Part shown: positions 15,208-27,290 of the stretch, one piece after another
How the letters are laid out: each line of letters opens with the position of its first letter
Position numbering within the stretch: the first letter of the stretch is position 1
Origin: Octopus vulgaris
Lineage: Eukaryota
Assembly (NCBI GenBank): GCA_951406725.2
Contig: OX597828.1
Location: forward strand, 53,134,001 to 53,198,000
Direction of reading: 5' to 3'
Length of the DNA stretch: 64,000 nt
Translations under genes and position numbers: made by a program
The notes under the pieces: generated by a model
Databases searched by the model: none
What the model was told of the DNA's origin: nothing
The model's input: the letters and a program-made list of their open reading frames with translations, nothing else

Positions 15208-15502
15208 ATCAGCCGAAATTGCGAGGATGATCCGGTTCTTGACTGAAGATTAAAGGCTTTGAATGACCCGTCCGTGTTTTTGTATCGTCTTCTGGATGTT
15301 TTGCGTTCTTGTCCCATTTTGAATTTTATATATAATATATATATGTAAAATACAAAATGGGACAAGAACGCAAAACATCCGGACAACTAGATGATACAAA
15401 ATAGGACAACAAAACATCCAGATAGACGATACAAAAAAAACAAACATTCGAAGCTTTCTATCCTCAGTCAAGAACCGGATCATCCTCGCAATTACGGCTG
15501 AT
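15208..15502. repeat. Inverted repeat of about 295 bp (tail-to-tail modules around a TA spacer)
   Basis: atcagccgaaattgcgaggatgatccggttcttgactga versus tcagtcaagaaccggatcatcctcgcaattacggctgat; inner ggatgttttgcgttcttgtcccattttg versus caaaatgggacaagaacgcaaaacatcc. Confidence 0.9.
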
Positions 15503-15520
15503 TAATCTTGAGATTGCTCC

Positions 15521-15718
<198 letters not shown>

Positions 15719-15779
15719 ACAGGTATGGTAATGAAAACAGGAAAAAACAGAATTCAAATAAGGGTATATGTATATTTTT

Positions 15780-15888
15780 TATTAATATTTAGCAAAAGCA
15801 ACAGAGTGATTCAAGGGCTGAGAGCTTCGCGCATTGCAAGAAACACTCGGCCCTTGAGTCACTCTGTTGCTTCAACCAAATATTAATA
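15780..15888. repeat. 109-bp hairpin/inverted repeat
   Basis: 27-bp stem 15796-15822/15846-15872 (two U.G wobbles on the + strand) plus an outer tattaatattt/aaatattaata stem. Confidence 0.85.
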
Positions 15889-16004
15889 TCAATATGTGTG
15901 CACGTACACACACACACATACACACAATGCACACATTATATTCCTACAGTCTATACAAATCGACTGCACAAAAGCAAACATTATTTCGTTCCATGTTTCG
16001 TTGC

Positions 16005-16043
<39 letters not shown>

Positions 16044-16554
16044 AGATGTCGTTGTGGTGTTTGTTGTGTGTTTTTGCTCAATAGATTTCATAATTAAATC
16101 CAGAAATGTCAGCGCAGCGTTCCATAACAGAGGAAGCCGTGTTGCTTGAACATGGCGGCTTTCTCAGATCAAAGATTTCGCAACTACCGTAATATTACAT
16201 GGTCCGCATAGCCTGTAATCATTCATTTACCGGAGTTGGGTGGATGGAGGGCGAGGAGGGGGGGCCGTCGCAATAAAATAAACACCGTCGGCATATATAC
16301 ATATGCAGATACGCATATATATATATATACACATATATATATGTATATATATATATATATGTTTGTGTGTGTGTGTGTGTGTGGCGGTGTATTCAAATTA
16401 TTGGAATAAAGGCCCAGAATGTTTAGGGGCAGGATATATGCCCACCTTCTACAAACTATACTTCCGGCCGAGAATCACTCAGACAGAAAAATACTGCGGC
16501 CCGCCTACTGTGCCTCTTTATTTTCTCCTTATATAGCAATGTAGGTATGTTGAA

Positions 16555-16604
<50 letters not shown>

Positions 16605-17038
16605 TTTCATATATATATATATGTGTGTATATATATATGAAAATGTATATATATATATGTATATATGTATAAATGCATACGTGGATGTATGCTTTTGTAC
16701 CCGTTTGTATGCGTCTGTGTAAGTGTATCGTTGTGTCCTTGTGTAAATTCTGGTATTTTTAATGAAATACGTTTATTTCTATACATTAGAAAAAAAAACT
16801 TATATGCATGTGCATATACATGCGTGTTCGTGTGTTTGCGTGTATATGAGCGTTTGTGTATGCGTATCTGTGTGGTGTGAATGTGTGTGTGTGCGTGTGA
16901 CTTTAGTAATTGAGAATTATTTTTATACCTGAATATTGTTTTTTTTTTCTTCAGCCACATGCAGACCCATGTGATTAATCGCACATGCACAGTTGTGTGT
17001 GTGTCTGTGTGTGTATGTGTGTGAGCGTGTGCGTGTGC

Positions 17039-17098
<60 letters not shown>

Positions 17099-17214
17099 AC
17101 CCATGCTGGTATGAATGTCCAGGGATTCGCACTCTTCAAAATACACAGACACATAGATACACACTTTTTTTTTAGAAAGTGTGATTAATCGATAGACAGA
17201 TGTCCCTATAGCAA

Positions 17215-17274
<60 letters not shown>

Positions 17275-17416
17275 CCTCTCTATCTTCTTTTTTCTCTTCA
17301 TCCATATTTAGATATCCGGAGTATGTAACTTGGAAATCGATTTTACATAGATACATACAAACATGCATACATACATGCACACAGATGTATACACATTTAT
17401 GTATGTAGACATATGT

Positions 17417-17469
<53 letters not shown>

Positions 17470-17767
17470 CACACACGCACAAATGTGTGTGTATATGTAC
17501 GTACGTATGTATGTATGAATGTATGTATGCATGTATGTATAGGTATGTCTCTATGTTCATATGAGACATATATAGGCTTGCGGAAAACCTTGACTATGCA
17601 TCCACGCGCATATCCACCAACACACGTCTAGACAAACACATACTGGGGCACACATAAGCACACACACACACATATATATATAAAATACAGACACGCACAC
17701 AGGCACACATATATAGATACATATACATACATACACACATATGTGCATTTACATATATAGATATATG

Positions 17768-17798
<31 letters not shown>

Positions 17799-17799
17799 A

Positions 17800-18025
17800 T
17801 TCTTTTACTTGTTTCAGTCATCTGACTTCGGCCATGCTTGAGCAGCGCCTTTAGTCGAGCAAATCGCCCCCAGGACTTATTCTTTGTAAGCCTAGTACTT
17901 AATCTATCGGTCTCTCTTGCCGAACAGCTAAGTGAAAGGGACGTAAACATACCAGCATCGGTTGTCAAGCGATGCCGGGTGGGGGGGGGGGACAAACACA
18001 GACACATAAACATATAGAGACACAC

Positions 18026-18069
<44 letters not shown>

Positions 18070-18228
18070 GACGGGCTTCTTTCAGTTTACCAAATCCATT
18101 CACAAGGCTTTGGTCGTCCTGAGGCTGTAGTAAAAGACACTTGCCCAGGGTGCCACGCAGCGGGATTGAGCCCGGAACCATGTGGTTGGTAAGCAAGCTA
18201 CTAACCACACAGCGACTTCTGCGCCTAT
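17800..18228 (-). mobile_element. SINE family A
   Basis: Full-length reverse-complement match to 41817-42175. Confidence 0.9.
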
Positions 18229-18444
18229 GTGTATATATATATATATATATATTATATGTTTTATCTTTACTTGTTTCAGTCATTAGACTGCGGCCATACT
18301 GAATCGACCCCAGTGCTTATACTTTTCGGTCTGGTACTTATTCAATCGGTGTCTTTGCCGAACCACTAAGTTAAGGAGACGTAAATGCACCAACAACGGT
18401 TGTCATGTGATGGACACACGCACACACGCACACACACGTGCACA

Positions 18445-18930
18445 GGCTTATGTCAGGTCACTTTCGAGTGCAACTGGTAACATGTAACCCAGTACAACCT
18501 GTTGCATGGTCGGGTTGTCGGCGACTAAACTGGCAACCCCAGTGAGGAGGGTGTTTATTGGACACCCTGCGGGATGAAAAACAAAACCCGTCAAAGGGCG
18601 GAGGAACTCTTGAGAGTCAACGGCCATCCAATAAATGTCTTAAGGATGTATCATGCGCGGGGACATAGAAATAATCGGACTGAATACCCGATCGCGCGGT
18701 TAAACCGTTGGATGTGAAGGACTCCTAGCCTTTGTTAGGGCATCCTTCTAGGAGAAGATAACTCAGGTAACTGGGAAAACTCCGACATAAAACCTGCGGC
18801 TCAGTGGTTACCGATGATTTTGACTTGTTCTTCTTTTCGGATTATGGTTGCTGTTGCTTAGTGAGTGGGATTGACTCAATGCACAGCCTTTCCTCACTTT
18901 AAAAATTTTCTTGCACAGGCATTGCACGAT
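18445..18930 (+). mobile_element. Non-coding retroelement segment, RTE 5'-UTR-like
   Basis: GC-balanced structured insert with gggcatccttctaggagaagataactc, resembling RTE 5'-UTR motifs; no ORF. Confidence 0.45.
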
Positions 18931-18939
18931 AACAATATT

Positions 18940-19170
18940 GGCGACGAGCTGGCAGAAACGTTAGCACACCGGGCGAAATGCTTTGCGGTATTTCGTCTGC
19001 CACTACGTTCTGAGTTCAAATTCCGCCGCGGTCGACTTTGCCTTTCATCCTTTCGGGGTCGATTAAATAAGTACCAGTTATGCACTGGAGTCGATATAAT
19101 CGACTTAATCCGTTTGTCTGTCCTTGTTTGTCCCCTCTGTGTTTAGCCCCTTGTGGGTAGTAAAGAAACA
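18940..19170 (+). mobile_element. SINE family B
   Basis: Near-identical to 37832-38062; flanking aatatt repeat. Confidence 0.9.
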
Positions 19171-19789
19171 AAAATATTGATTAATCTTCGTGCAATGGCC
19201 ATACTCGATAACGGCGGGGGGGGGGGGGGCAGCCACCATGTATGTTTGTATGTATGCTTGCATTCATTTATGTATATAAATATCGCAAATACGAGAAATT
19301 TTCTCTCTGAAGGCAGCTTAGTAATTCAAGAAAGACATCGTTTATTAAAAGGGTCACAACTTGTAGGCGGAAAAATATTTCATGCTTGAAGTAATAACGT
19401 AGTGAAATATATCTGATAACAAAAGGACGAAACACAATATTGTCACTTGATAATGTCACGTCATATATTTACATAATAATGTATCTATATGCAGATATTA
19501 AATATATATATATATATTCTCCGGATACAAGTTGGTGTTTATTAGCATTCTTAGCAGGAAACTGGTTTTCGTGGTGCCGTCATCAACGGTAAGTAAAGGG
19601 GAGACCTTAAGAGATAATTACTGCTTTTATGAAATTACGTGTGCATTCGTATATATATAACTATGTGTGTGTGATGTGTGTGTGGTGTATATGCTTATAT
19701 TTTTGTATATGTGCAATTGTTCAGTTGTCAATAGTAGTTCTCATGTTCATTATTTATATTACTATATGATCGAACACCACGCATCCTTT

Positions 19790-21225
19790 TCCAAGTAAGT
19801 TTTATCTCAATAATTACGATGCGCATTCTTCTATCTCTTCTATCTCTTCTCTGTCTATCTATCTCCCTCTCTTGTTCTTCTTTCCTTTCTGTTTTTCGCT
19901 CCCACCCTTTTCCTATTCTTCTCCTCTCCCCTTCATCGCCCCCTATCTCTCTCTCTCACTCTCCCTCCTTGACTCTCTCGTCGCTGACACGTGACGAAAG
20001 GCGATCTAATTTCTTTCTTCCACTTCCTTCGTAAAGACAAGACGTGCTTTTACCTGTCTTTTCTCATAGCTCGTATTTCTAGCATTCATAATTTTTCACC
20101 TCGTCTTGGCTTAACATCACTTACCGTTTGTTTCTACTGTCTTGTTCTCATTGTCCTGTTTTTGTTACCACTTTCACCCTCCGTAAAAAATCGCAAATTT
20201 TATTTAATTTGCTTTGCGGGAAGGACTCTTTCAAGTCGAGTCACCTTCGAAACATGGAGTAGATGAAACAAGGACAACTGATGAAGGGAATGTTCTTTAT
20301 ATTGCATGTCTCGTTTCTTTGTTTTTTTTACTTGTTTGAAAAAAAGTTCGTTTTCTATGTTTTTGTATTTATGTTTTCGTTCCTTGCTGTGTCTACGTTT
20401 TTTTATGTCCTGTACCCATATATGCATATATATATACATATATATGTAGGTATGTACATATATGTATGTATATATGCATATAATTATATATATATATATA
20501 TAATTATATATATATAATTATATATATATATATACATATATATATACATATATATATGTGTATTATATATATATATATATATAATTATAACGCGCACTCT
20601 CTAACCCTTTACTTGACTTTTCCTTCCTTCCTGTCTGTCTTCCTCTCTACGTGTCTCTCTCCTTCTTATTTTTCACCCTTTCTGGTTTCCTTTCCTCTCT
20701 ATCTCTCCCTCTCTCTCTCACTCCTCCACATCTCTCTTACTGCTGAGTAGACTACTAACTTTCTTTTGCTCGTAGCTTTCTACAAGTCAACATCGACTTT
20801 TTCTGTCTCTAGAAAGTCGATTCTAAATTGCGCTCCGAATTTTTCCATCGTCTAGGCTTAAAAAAGCCCTCAATGTTGGTTTCATTGTCCTGTTCTTATT
20901 CTTTATGCGTACTGTATTTTTATTTGTATTGCATTTACGTCCTGTTCTTGTCACTTTTTTTTCTTTCCTTGTTTTACCCCTCTGCAAAAGAATTTTATTT
21001 AATTCATTTTGCAGGAAGGATTGTTTCGGCCGGATCGTGTTCTGCCCTTACCTTCGAAACACGCATTGAGTCGAACCAGAGGCAGCTGATGAAGGGGAAT
21101 ATTCCTTGTATTGTTTGCCTTGTACTCTGTTTTTTCGTTGTTAAAAAAAGTCCAGTTCCTAGTTTGTTTTTATGTTTTCGTTTCTCGTTGTGTTCTACGT
21201 TATTTGTGGTGTCCTGTACTCATAT
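19790..21225 (+). repeat. Two diverged tandem copies of an unclassified CT-rich repeat module (pLTR/3'-UTR-like)
   Basis: About 20170-20420 aligns with about 20975-21225 (ttttatttaatt..tttgc.ggaagga...ccttcgaaac...ctgatgaaggg...tgtcctgtac.cata); both end in (TA)n. Confidence 0.75.
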
Positions 21226-21387
21226 ATATATATATATATATATATGCATATATATATACATATAGATGTAGGTACGTACATATATCTATGTATGCATATA
21301 TTTTATTTATTAAATTGTTATATATATATATATATATATATATATAAGAAAAAAGGTTTGAAAATGCAATTAAAACGATGTTTATTT

Positions 21388-21428
21388 ACTTAACCGGTTT
21401 CACTCTTTGGTAAAAGATTGTCAAAAGT
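21388..21428 (-). ncRNA. Degenerate minimal hammerhead
   Basis: Minus strand ACUU-UUGACAA-UCUUU-UACC-AAAGA-GU-GAA-ACCGGU-U-AAGU: all three stems form; the core differs from CUGACGA by two transitions. Confidence 0.5.
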
Positions 21429-21441
21429 TACATTTAAGGAA

Positions 21442-21672
21442 ACATTGAATAATATGGGTTCAAAAAAAGTTTTTTACATAATTGTCACATTGAATATTAT
21501 GCATTCAAAAAGGTTTTTTACATAATTGTCACATTGGATATTATGGGTTCAAAAAAAGTTTTTTACATAATTGTCACATTGAATATTATGCATTCAAAAA
21601 AGTTTTTTACATAATTGTCACATTGGATATTATGAATTCAAAAATGTTTTTTTATACATAATTGTCACATTA
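21442..21672. repeat. Tandem repeat, about 44-bp unit, about 5 copies
   Basis: cataattgtcacatt recurs at 21477, 21521, 21566, 21610 and 21657. Confidence 0.9.
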
Positions 21673-23207
21673 TTTGGGAAAATTTGGCAGAAAAGGATAA
21701 AACAAATATATTATTGGGAATTGGTTGCGTTAATTATTGGTTGTCGCAAATTGTCACATTACATGTATATATATACAATCTTTGGTATATATATACAGCG
21801 TTTTGACAGCAAAAATTAAAATGGATTTTTTGTCCATCTCAGAATATTTTAAGTATGTTTTTACTGACCTGTTAGTATTAGCAGAAAGGCTGAACTGAGA
21901 GAACAGAAGTAGCCAATGTGGTGTATACTTCCCCTTTATGCATGAATGATTTTGGGGTTATCAGGAGGTTAGTATGCGGGTGTGAATAGATGTGTCCGTG
22001 CCTGCTGGTCAGACAGCGTCTGTTTGTCACACACATATATATACACACAAACACACACACACACAACAACACACACACACACACACATAGTATACAAACA
22101 CAAACCACATACAGACAACACACACACACACAGAACACACACACCCACACACAACGCACCCACATATATCACATATATACACAGCACACAAATATAACAT
22201 GTATCTATATATAATATACACAGATATATAACACACATACACACACACACACACAACACACGCACACATACATACATAATATAAATATCACACAAATACA
22301 CCTAGCATATATATATACACACATACAATACACACATACAGCATGTAAGTAATATACATACACAATATATGCATGCAATATACATACGCAATACATACAT
22401 ACAATATATATATATATAGACAATGCATATACATATATACACATATACATATAAATAGTGTTTACATACACATACATAGATGTACCACATATACACACAA
22501 CACACATACATACAATGCATACACATACACGTACGCATACATATAATATATATATACACACACACACACATAACATACATGCACACACAATGCATACATA
22601 TATATACACGCAATGCATATACATGTATTCATGCACATATAGCACACCTACAATATACATATATACAGTGCACACATACACACAAATATATACACTTAAT
22701 TGTACACGTACATATACAATACACATACATGTATATACATGTATATATACACGCAATGCATATACATGTATTCATGCACATATAGCACACCTACAATATA
22801 CATATATACAGTGCACACATACACACAAATATATACACTTAATTGTACACGTACATATACAATACACATACATACAATATACATATATACAATGCGCATG
22901 CAAATAATGTACATGTTTATACACACATAAACATGCAAATAAATATACACACACACACATACACACACACACATATATATACACATATATATATATATAT
23001 ATACACACATACATACATACATACATGCACATACATATATTTTTTCACACACATACACACACACATATATATATAAAAAATTCACCACCCCCCACACACA
23101 CAAATTACAAACCTATAGCGTACACACTCAAATATATCTCTACATGCCGCACATACACACAAACAAAGTACTAACATATACACACATACCATGCATATAC
23201 ACACACA

Positions 23208-23254
<47 letters not shown>

Positions 23255-23621
23255 GATACATATGTAAATACATACACATGTATACAATGCTCACACACAC
23301 ACACACACACACATACACACACACCCGCACACAGTGCACACACACACACACATATATACACACGTGCACACACACAAACACATACAACGCGCGCACACAC
23401 ACATATACACACACACGCACACAGTGCACACACACACACACACACACATATATCACCTACATATATATAATGCATGCGTGTGCATGCCACGTATGTGTGC
23501 GGTCAATGCCCGCTAGTGTGTCCTATGCGTGCCGATGCGCGCATGTGCCCGCCCGCACGATATGCTGTGAGCGTGCGCGCGTCCCTGTGTGCTTGCTCTG
23601 GATGTGCTTCCAGGGGGTATG

Positions 23622-25244
23622 TTAGAGTATGTTTAGTTGTGGTCTGTATTTTTGAATAAGATTACTTTCCTTATTTATTCGTGTTTGGTCTGTGGTGTTG
23701 TCCGAGCACTGGTATAGTGGGAAGACTAAGAATTTGGGGGACTTATTGTGTGCACAAAGGTCTAAGTGTCCACTTAGTGGTATCTGTCTTGTGGAGGGGT
23801 CCCTCAGTTGTTGTCGGTGAACTGTCATTCTGTCTCTGAGGGTAAGGCTCGTTTGCCCTATGTAGTCTTCGTGGCATCCTTCACACCTTATGACGTAGAG
23901 TAAATTTTTTGATGCGCACGTGAAGTTATTTTTTATGATGAATGTGTGTCCCGAGTGGAACTTGTACGACGATCCCTCAATGAGGTGGATGCAGGTCTTA
24001 CAGTTGGGGCGACCACATTTTTTGATGGTGGGCGGTGGGTTTGTGTTGTGTAATTTTGCGTTGGTGAGGAGGTTTTTTAGGGATTTAGGTTGTCTCTTAC
24101 TTTTTATTATTTTATGAGCTGCCAGTATTTTTTTCAGGCGTGGGTCTTGATTTAGTTGTGGAATGTTGTTGTATATAATAGTGTAAGCTTCTGCATTCCT
24201 TGGGTTGTGTGTTGAGAGATAAGGGAGGCTATTGACTGTACTGTGGATGTGTTTGGGTTTTCGAAGGTCCTGAATGTTGATTGATTTGGCCCGTTCTATT
24301 CCGTTGTCTACTAGTGATGCCGGGTAATGTCTTTCGAGAAGAATTGCCCTTAGTTCCCGGAGTCTTCTATTTCGTGTTGTGTCATTTGAGACAATAGTGC
24401 AGATTCTTCTCGCTAGGTTGAAGGGGATATTTGTCTTTGTGTGTTTTGGGTGATTGGAGGTGAATAGAAGGTATTGTTTAGAGTCAGTGGGTTTGTAATG
24501 GATGTCAGTTTCAATGTTGACGCCTTTTTTAATGATTAGGATGTCAAGAAAAGGGAGTTGGTCCTGACTATATTCCATTGTGAATTGAATGTTGTTATTT
24601 ACACTGTTGATAAGGTTTTTGAAGTCTATAAGTTGGTCGAGTGTGTGGGACCATAGGATGAGGCAATCATCTAAGTAGCGTTTCCAGTTCTCCAACAGGT
24701 ATTTGTGGAAAGACTGGCCGTACTTATATTTGGATTTTTCATAGATATGTGATTCCAGGTAGGCCATCACCAGGTTTGCATAGGTAGGTGCAACTTTCGT
24801 ACCCATTGCAGTCCCTGAGACCTGTCTGTAAGTGTTGTTGTGGAAATACATGAAGTTGTTTTGCAGAATAAATTTGAGGCCCTCAATTATGAATTCTTTT
24901 TTAATTCTTTCCGGGATCTCATTGGGATATTTATCCAGCCAGAATTTAATGGCTTCCAGTCCAAATTCATGTGGGATTGTGGTGTAAAGATTAATAACAT
25001 CAAAAGAAACGATTAAGGTGTCTTTATCGGCATGTTTGGGGAGATGGTTTAATAGGTCCAGGTCATCTCTTACAATACTTGGAATGTGTTTCAGTATTGG
25101 CTTTAAGATGATATCTATAAAGTTGCTAAGTCTGTGTGTTTCACAACTTGGGCCTGCCACTATTGGTCTCAGTTTGAGATCAGTGGGATGTGGTATAGTG
25201 ATGCAGGTTGAAGTGGACTTTTTGCAAGCTTCTGTGATAATTAT
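23622..25244 (-). CDS. Penelope-like element ORF (RT + Cys linker + GIY-YIG endonuclease), 5'-truncated, Neptune-like
   Basis: Stop-free frame of about 540 codons. RT motifs LRPIVAGP, SFDVINLYT, SGTAMGTKVAPTYANL, WKRYLDD, LPFLDI; PLE thumb HYKPTDSKQYLLFTSNHP; linker CGRPNCKTC; GIY-YIG LLYVIRCEGC...YIGQT...R...H. Upstream of the GTG at 25160 the frame continues (IITEACKK...DLKLRPI) and breaks off at a (TA)n tract at about 25244. Confidence 0.95.
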   Translation of the reverse strand: MIITEACKKSTSTCITIPHPTDLKLRPIVAGPSCETHRLSNFIDIILKPILKHIPSIVRDDLDLLNHLPKHADKDTLIVSFDVINLYTTIPHEFGLEAIKFWLDKYPNEIPERIKKEFIIEGLKFILQNNFMYFHNNTYRQVSGTAMGTKVAPTYANLVMAYLESHIYEKSKYKYGQSFHKYLLENWKRYLDDCLILWSHTLDQLIDFKNLINSVNNNIQFTMEYSQDQLPFLDILIIKKGVNIETDIHYKPTDSKQYLLFTSNHPKHTKTNIPFNLARRICTIVSNDTTRNRRLRELRAILLERHYPASLVDNGIERAKSINIQDLRKPKHIHSTVNSLPYLSTHNPRNAEAYTIIYNNIPQLNQDPRLKKILAAHKIIKSKRQPKSLKNLLTNAKLHNTNPPPTIKKCGRPNCKTCIHLIEGSSYKFHSGHTFIIKNNFTCASKNLLYVIRCEGCHEDYIGQTSLTLRDRMTVHRQQLRDPSTRQIPLSGHLDLCAHNKSPKFLVFPLYQCSDNTTDQTRINKESNLIQKYRPQLNIL

Positions 25245-25289
25245 ATATATATATATGTCTGAGTAAGCATTTGTGTCAAGGCGTCAAAG

Positions 25290-25685
25290 TAGCACCGAGC
25301 TACTCAACTGGTGCTCGTTTTATCAACCCCGAAATGATGAAAGGCAAAGTCAACATCGGCGGAATTTGAACTCAGAGCGTAAACAGCCAGAAGAATTCTA
25401 CTAAGCATCTTGCCCAGTGTGCTAATGATTCTGCCATCTCAACACCTCGAACTTATTTCTAATATTGGTTTCACATTTTGGCAGAAGGCAAGCGATTTCC
25501 GGGAAGGAATAAATCGACTACATCGACCCCAGTGCTCAACTGGTACTTATTTTATCGACTCTGGAAGAATGGAAGGAAAAGTCGACCACTACGGAATTTG
25601 AACTCAGAACGTGAACGTACAGATGGATGAAATGCCACTAAGCATTTTGCACGATGTGGCGTGCTTAACAATTCCGTCACCTCGC
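25290..25685 (-). mobile_element. SINE family B, two diverged copies
   Basis: Repeated gaaaggcaaagtc.ac..cgg.atttgaactcag. Confidence 0.75.
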
Positions 25686-25930
25686 TATTTTACACCTAGT
25701 TCTCATAGCGATTCATTTGTCCCAAAATTTGAAATTGATATTATAATGATTATATAAAATATACGCATACATTAAGATCCCATTATTACGAACCCTTCTT
25801 CCACACTCTTTCTCCCCCTCTCTCTCTCTCCCTCACTCACTTTCTGGCGTTATCCTAAGGGTTAAGTGTATTATTATTGAAAGTCACCCTGATGAAATAC
25901 ACCTAGGCATTTGATAATGTATGTATATAT

Positions 25931-26316
25931 AGGCGTAGGAGTGGCTGTGTGGTAAGTAACTTACTTACCAACCACATGGTTCCGGGCAAGTGTCTTCTAC
26001 TATAGCCTTGGGCACCAAAGCTTTGTGAGTGGATTTGGTAGACAGAAACTGAAAGAAGCCTGTCGTATATATATTTATGTATATATATGTGTGTGTGTGT
26101 TTGTATGTTTGTGTGTCCGTTTTTGTCCACCCCAACATCGCTTGACAATCGATGCTGGTGTATTTACATCCCCGTAACCTAGCGGTTCGGCAACAGAGAC
26201 CGATAGAATAAGTACTAGACTTCCAAAGAATAAGTCCCGAGCTCGATTTGCTCGACTAAAGGCGGTGCTCCAACATGGTCGCAGTCAAATGACTGAAAGA
26301 AGGGAGAGTAAAGAGT
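25931..26316 (+). mobile_element. SINE family A
   Basis: Head, body and tail match; small internal deletion. Confidence 0.85.
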
Positions 26317-26373
26317 ATACATAATTATATTATGAATATATTACAGTCATATTGATATTAATATTTATGTGTA

Positions 26374-26582
26374 AGGCGGCGAGCTGGCAGAATCTTTAGT
26401 GCTGGGGGCATTCCATCCTTCTTTGCGTTCAGAGTTCAAATGCCGCCAGGGTCGACTTTGCCCTTCATCGTTTCGTGGGGGCGGGGGTGGATGAAACAAG
26501 TACCAGTTGAACGCTGAGGTCAATGTAATCGATTAAGCATCTCCCCGAAATTGCTGGCCTTGTTCCCAAATTTGAAACCAAT
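26374..26582 (+). mobile_element. SINE family B
   Basis: Head and domain match. Confidence 0.8.
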
Positions 26583-26739
26583 GTTTATGTTCATGGAGTG
26601 TATTTCCCATGTTAAACTGAAACGATTACGTCCACAGAATGAAAAATCTCATAATTCTTAATTTCTTGTTTATATATATTTACATATACAATTCTCGAGT
26701 CCGTGTTTTGGGTGTTTGCAGCCCTTATGAGCATATATA

Positions 26740-27080
26740 TACTCTTTTACTCTTTTACTTATTTCAGTCATTTGACTGCGGCCATGCTGGAGCACCGCCT
26801 TTAGTCGAGCAAATCGACCCCGGGACTTATTCTTTTGTAAGCCCAGTACTTATTCTATCGGTCTCTTTTGCCGAACCGCTAAGTGACGGGGACGTAAACA
26901 CACCAGCATCGGTTGTCAAGCAATGCTGGGGGGACAAACACAGACACACAAACACACACACACATACATATATATACATATATACGACAGGCTTCTTTCA
27001 GTTTCCGTCTACCAAATCCACTCACAAGACATTGGTCGACCCGGGGCTATAGCAGAAGACACTTGCCCAAGATGCCACGC
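26740..27080 (-). mobile_element. SINE family A, head truncated
   Basis: Reverse-complement match. Confidence 0.85.
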
Positions 27081-27290
27081 ATATATATATATATGGAGAG
27101 TTTACGAAAAAACAAAAGACGAAGACAGGTGGTGTACAAAACAAACAGATGTATTAGTATAACGCTAAGGAATAGAAAAAGTCTTTTACGTTTCGAGCCT
27201 ACGCTCATTCAAACCCTCGCTATTGAGTAGGAAACCAATCAAACTAAAATTATAAAAAGATGAAGGAAACTACATGCATGCATACATGTA

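Larger units (their letters stand above)
21346..25244 (-). mobile_element. Penelope-like retroelement, possible full 3' extent (ORF, microsatellite-expanded 3' UTR, tandem repeat, terminal HHR module)
   Basis: ORF is followed on the minus strand by a unique UTR (23621-23460), GT-rich low-complexity DNA, a unique segment (22030-21780), a 44-bp tandem array and a degenerate hammerhead in the same orientation ending at (TA)n. That all of this is one element is inferred. Confidence 0.5.

Noticed and set aside
21442-21672. Regularly spaced repeats resembling CRISPR
   Set aside because: The intervening sequences are also repeated, so this is a plain tandem repeat; eukaryotic context and no cas genes.
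25889-25920. CUGAUGA box
   Set aside because: No downstream GAAA or stem III.
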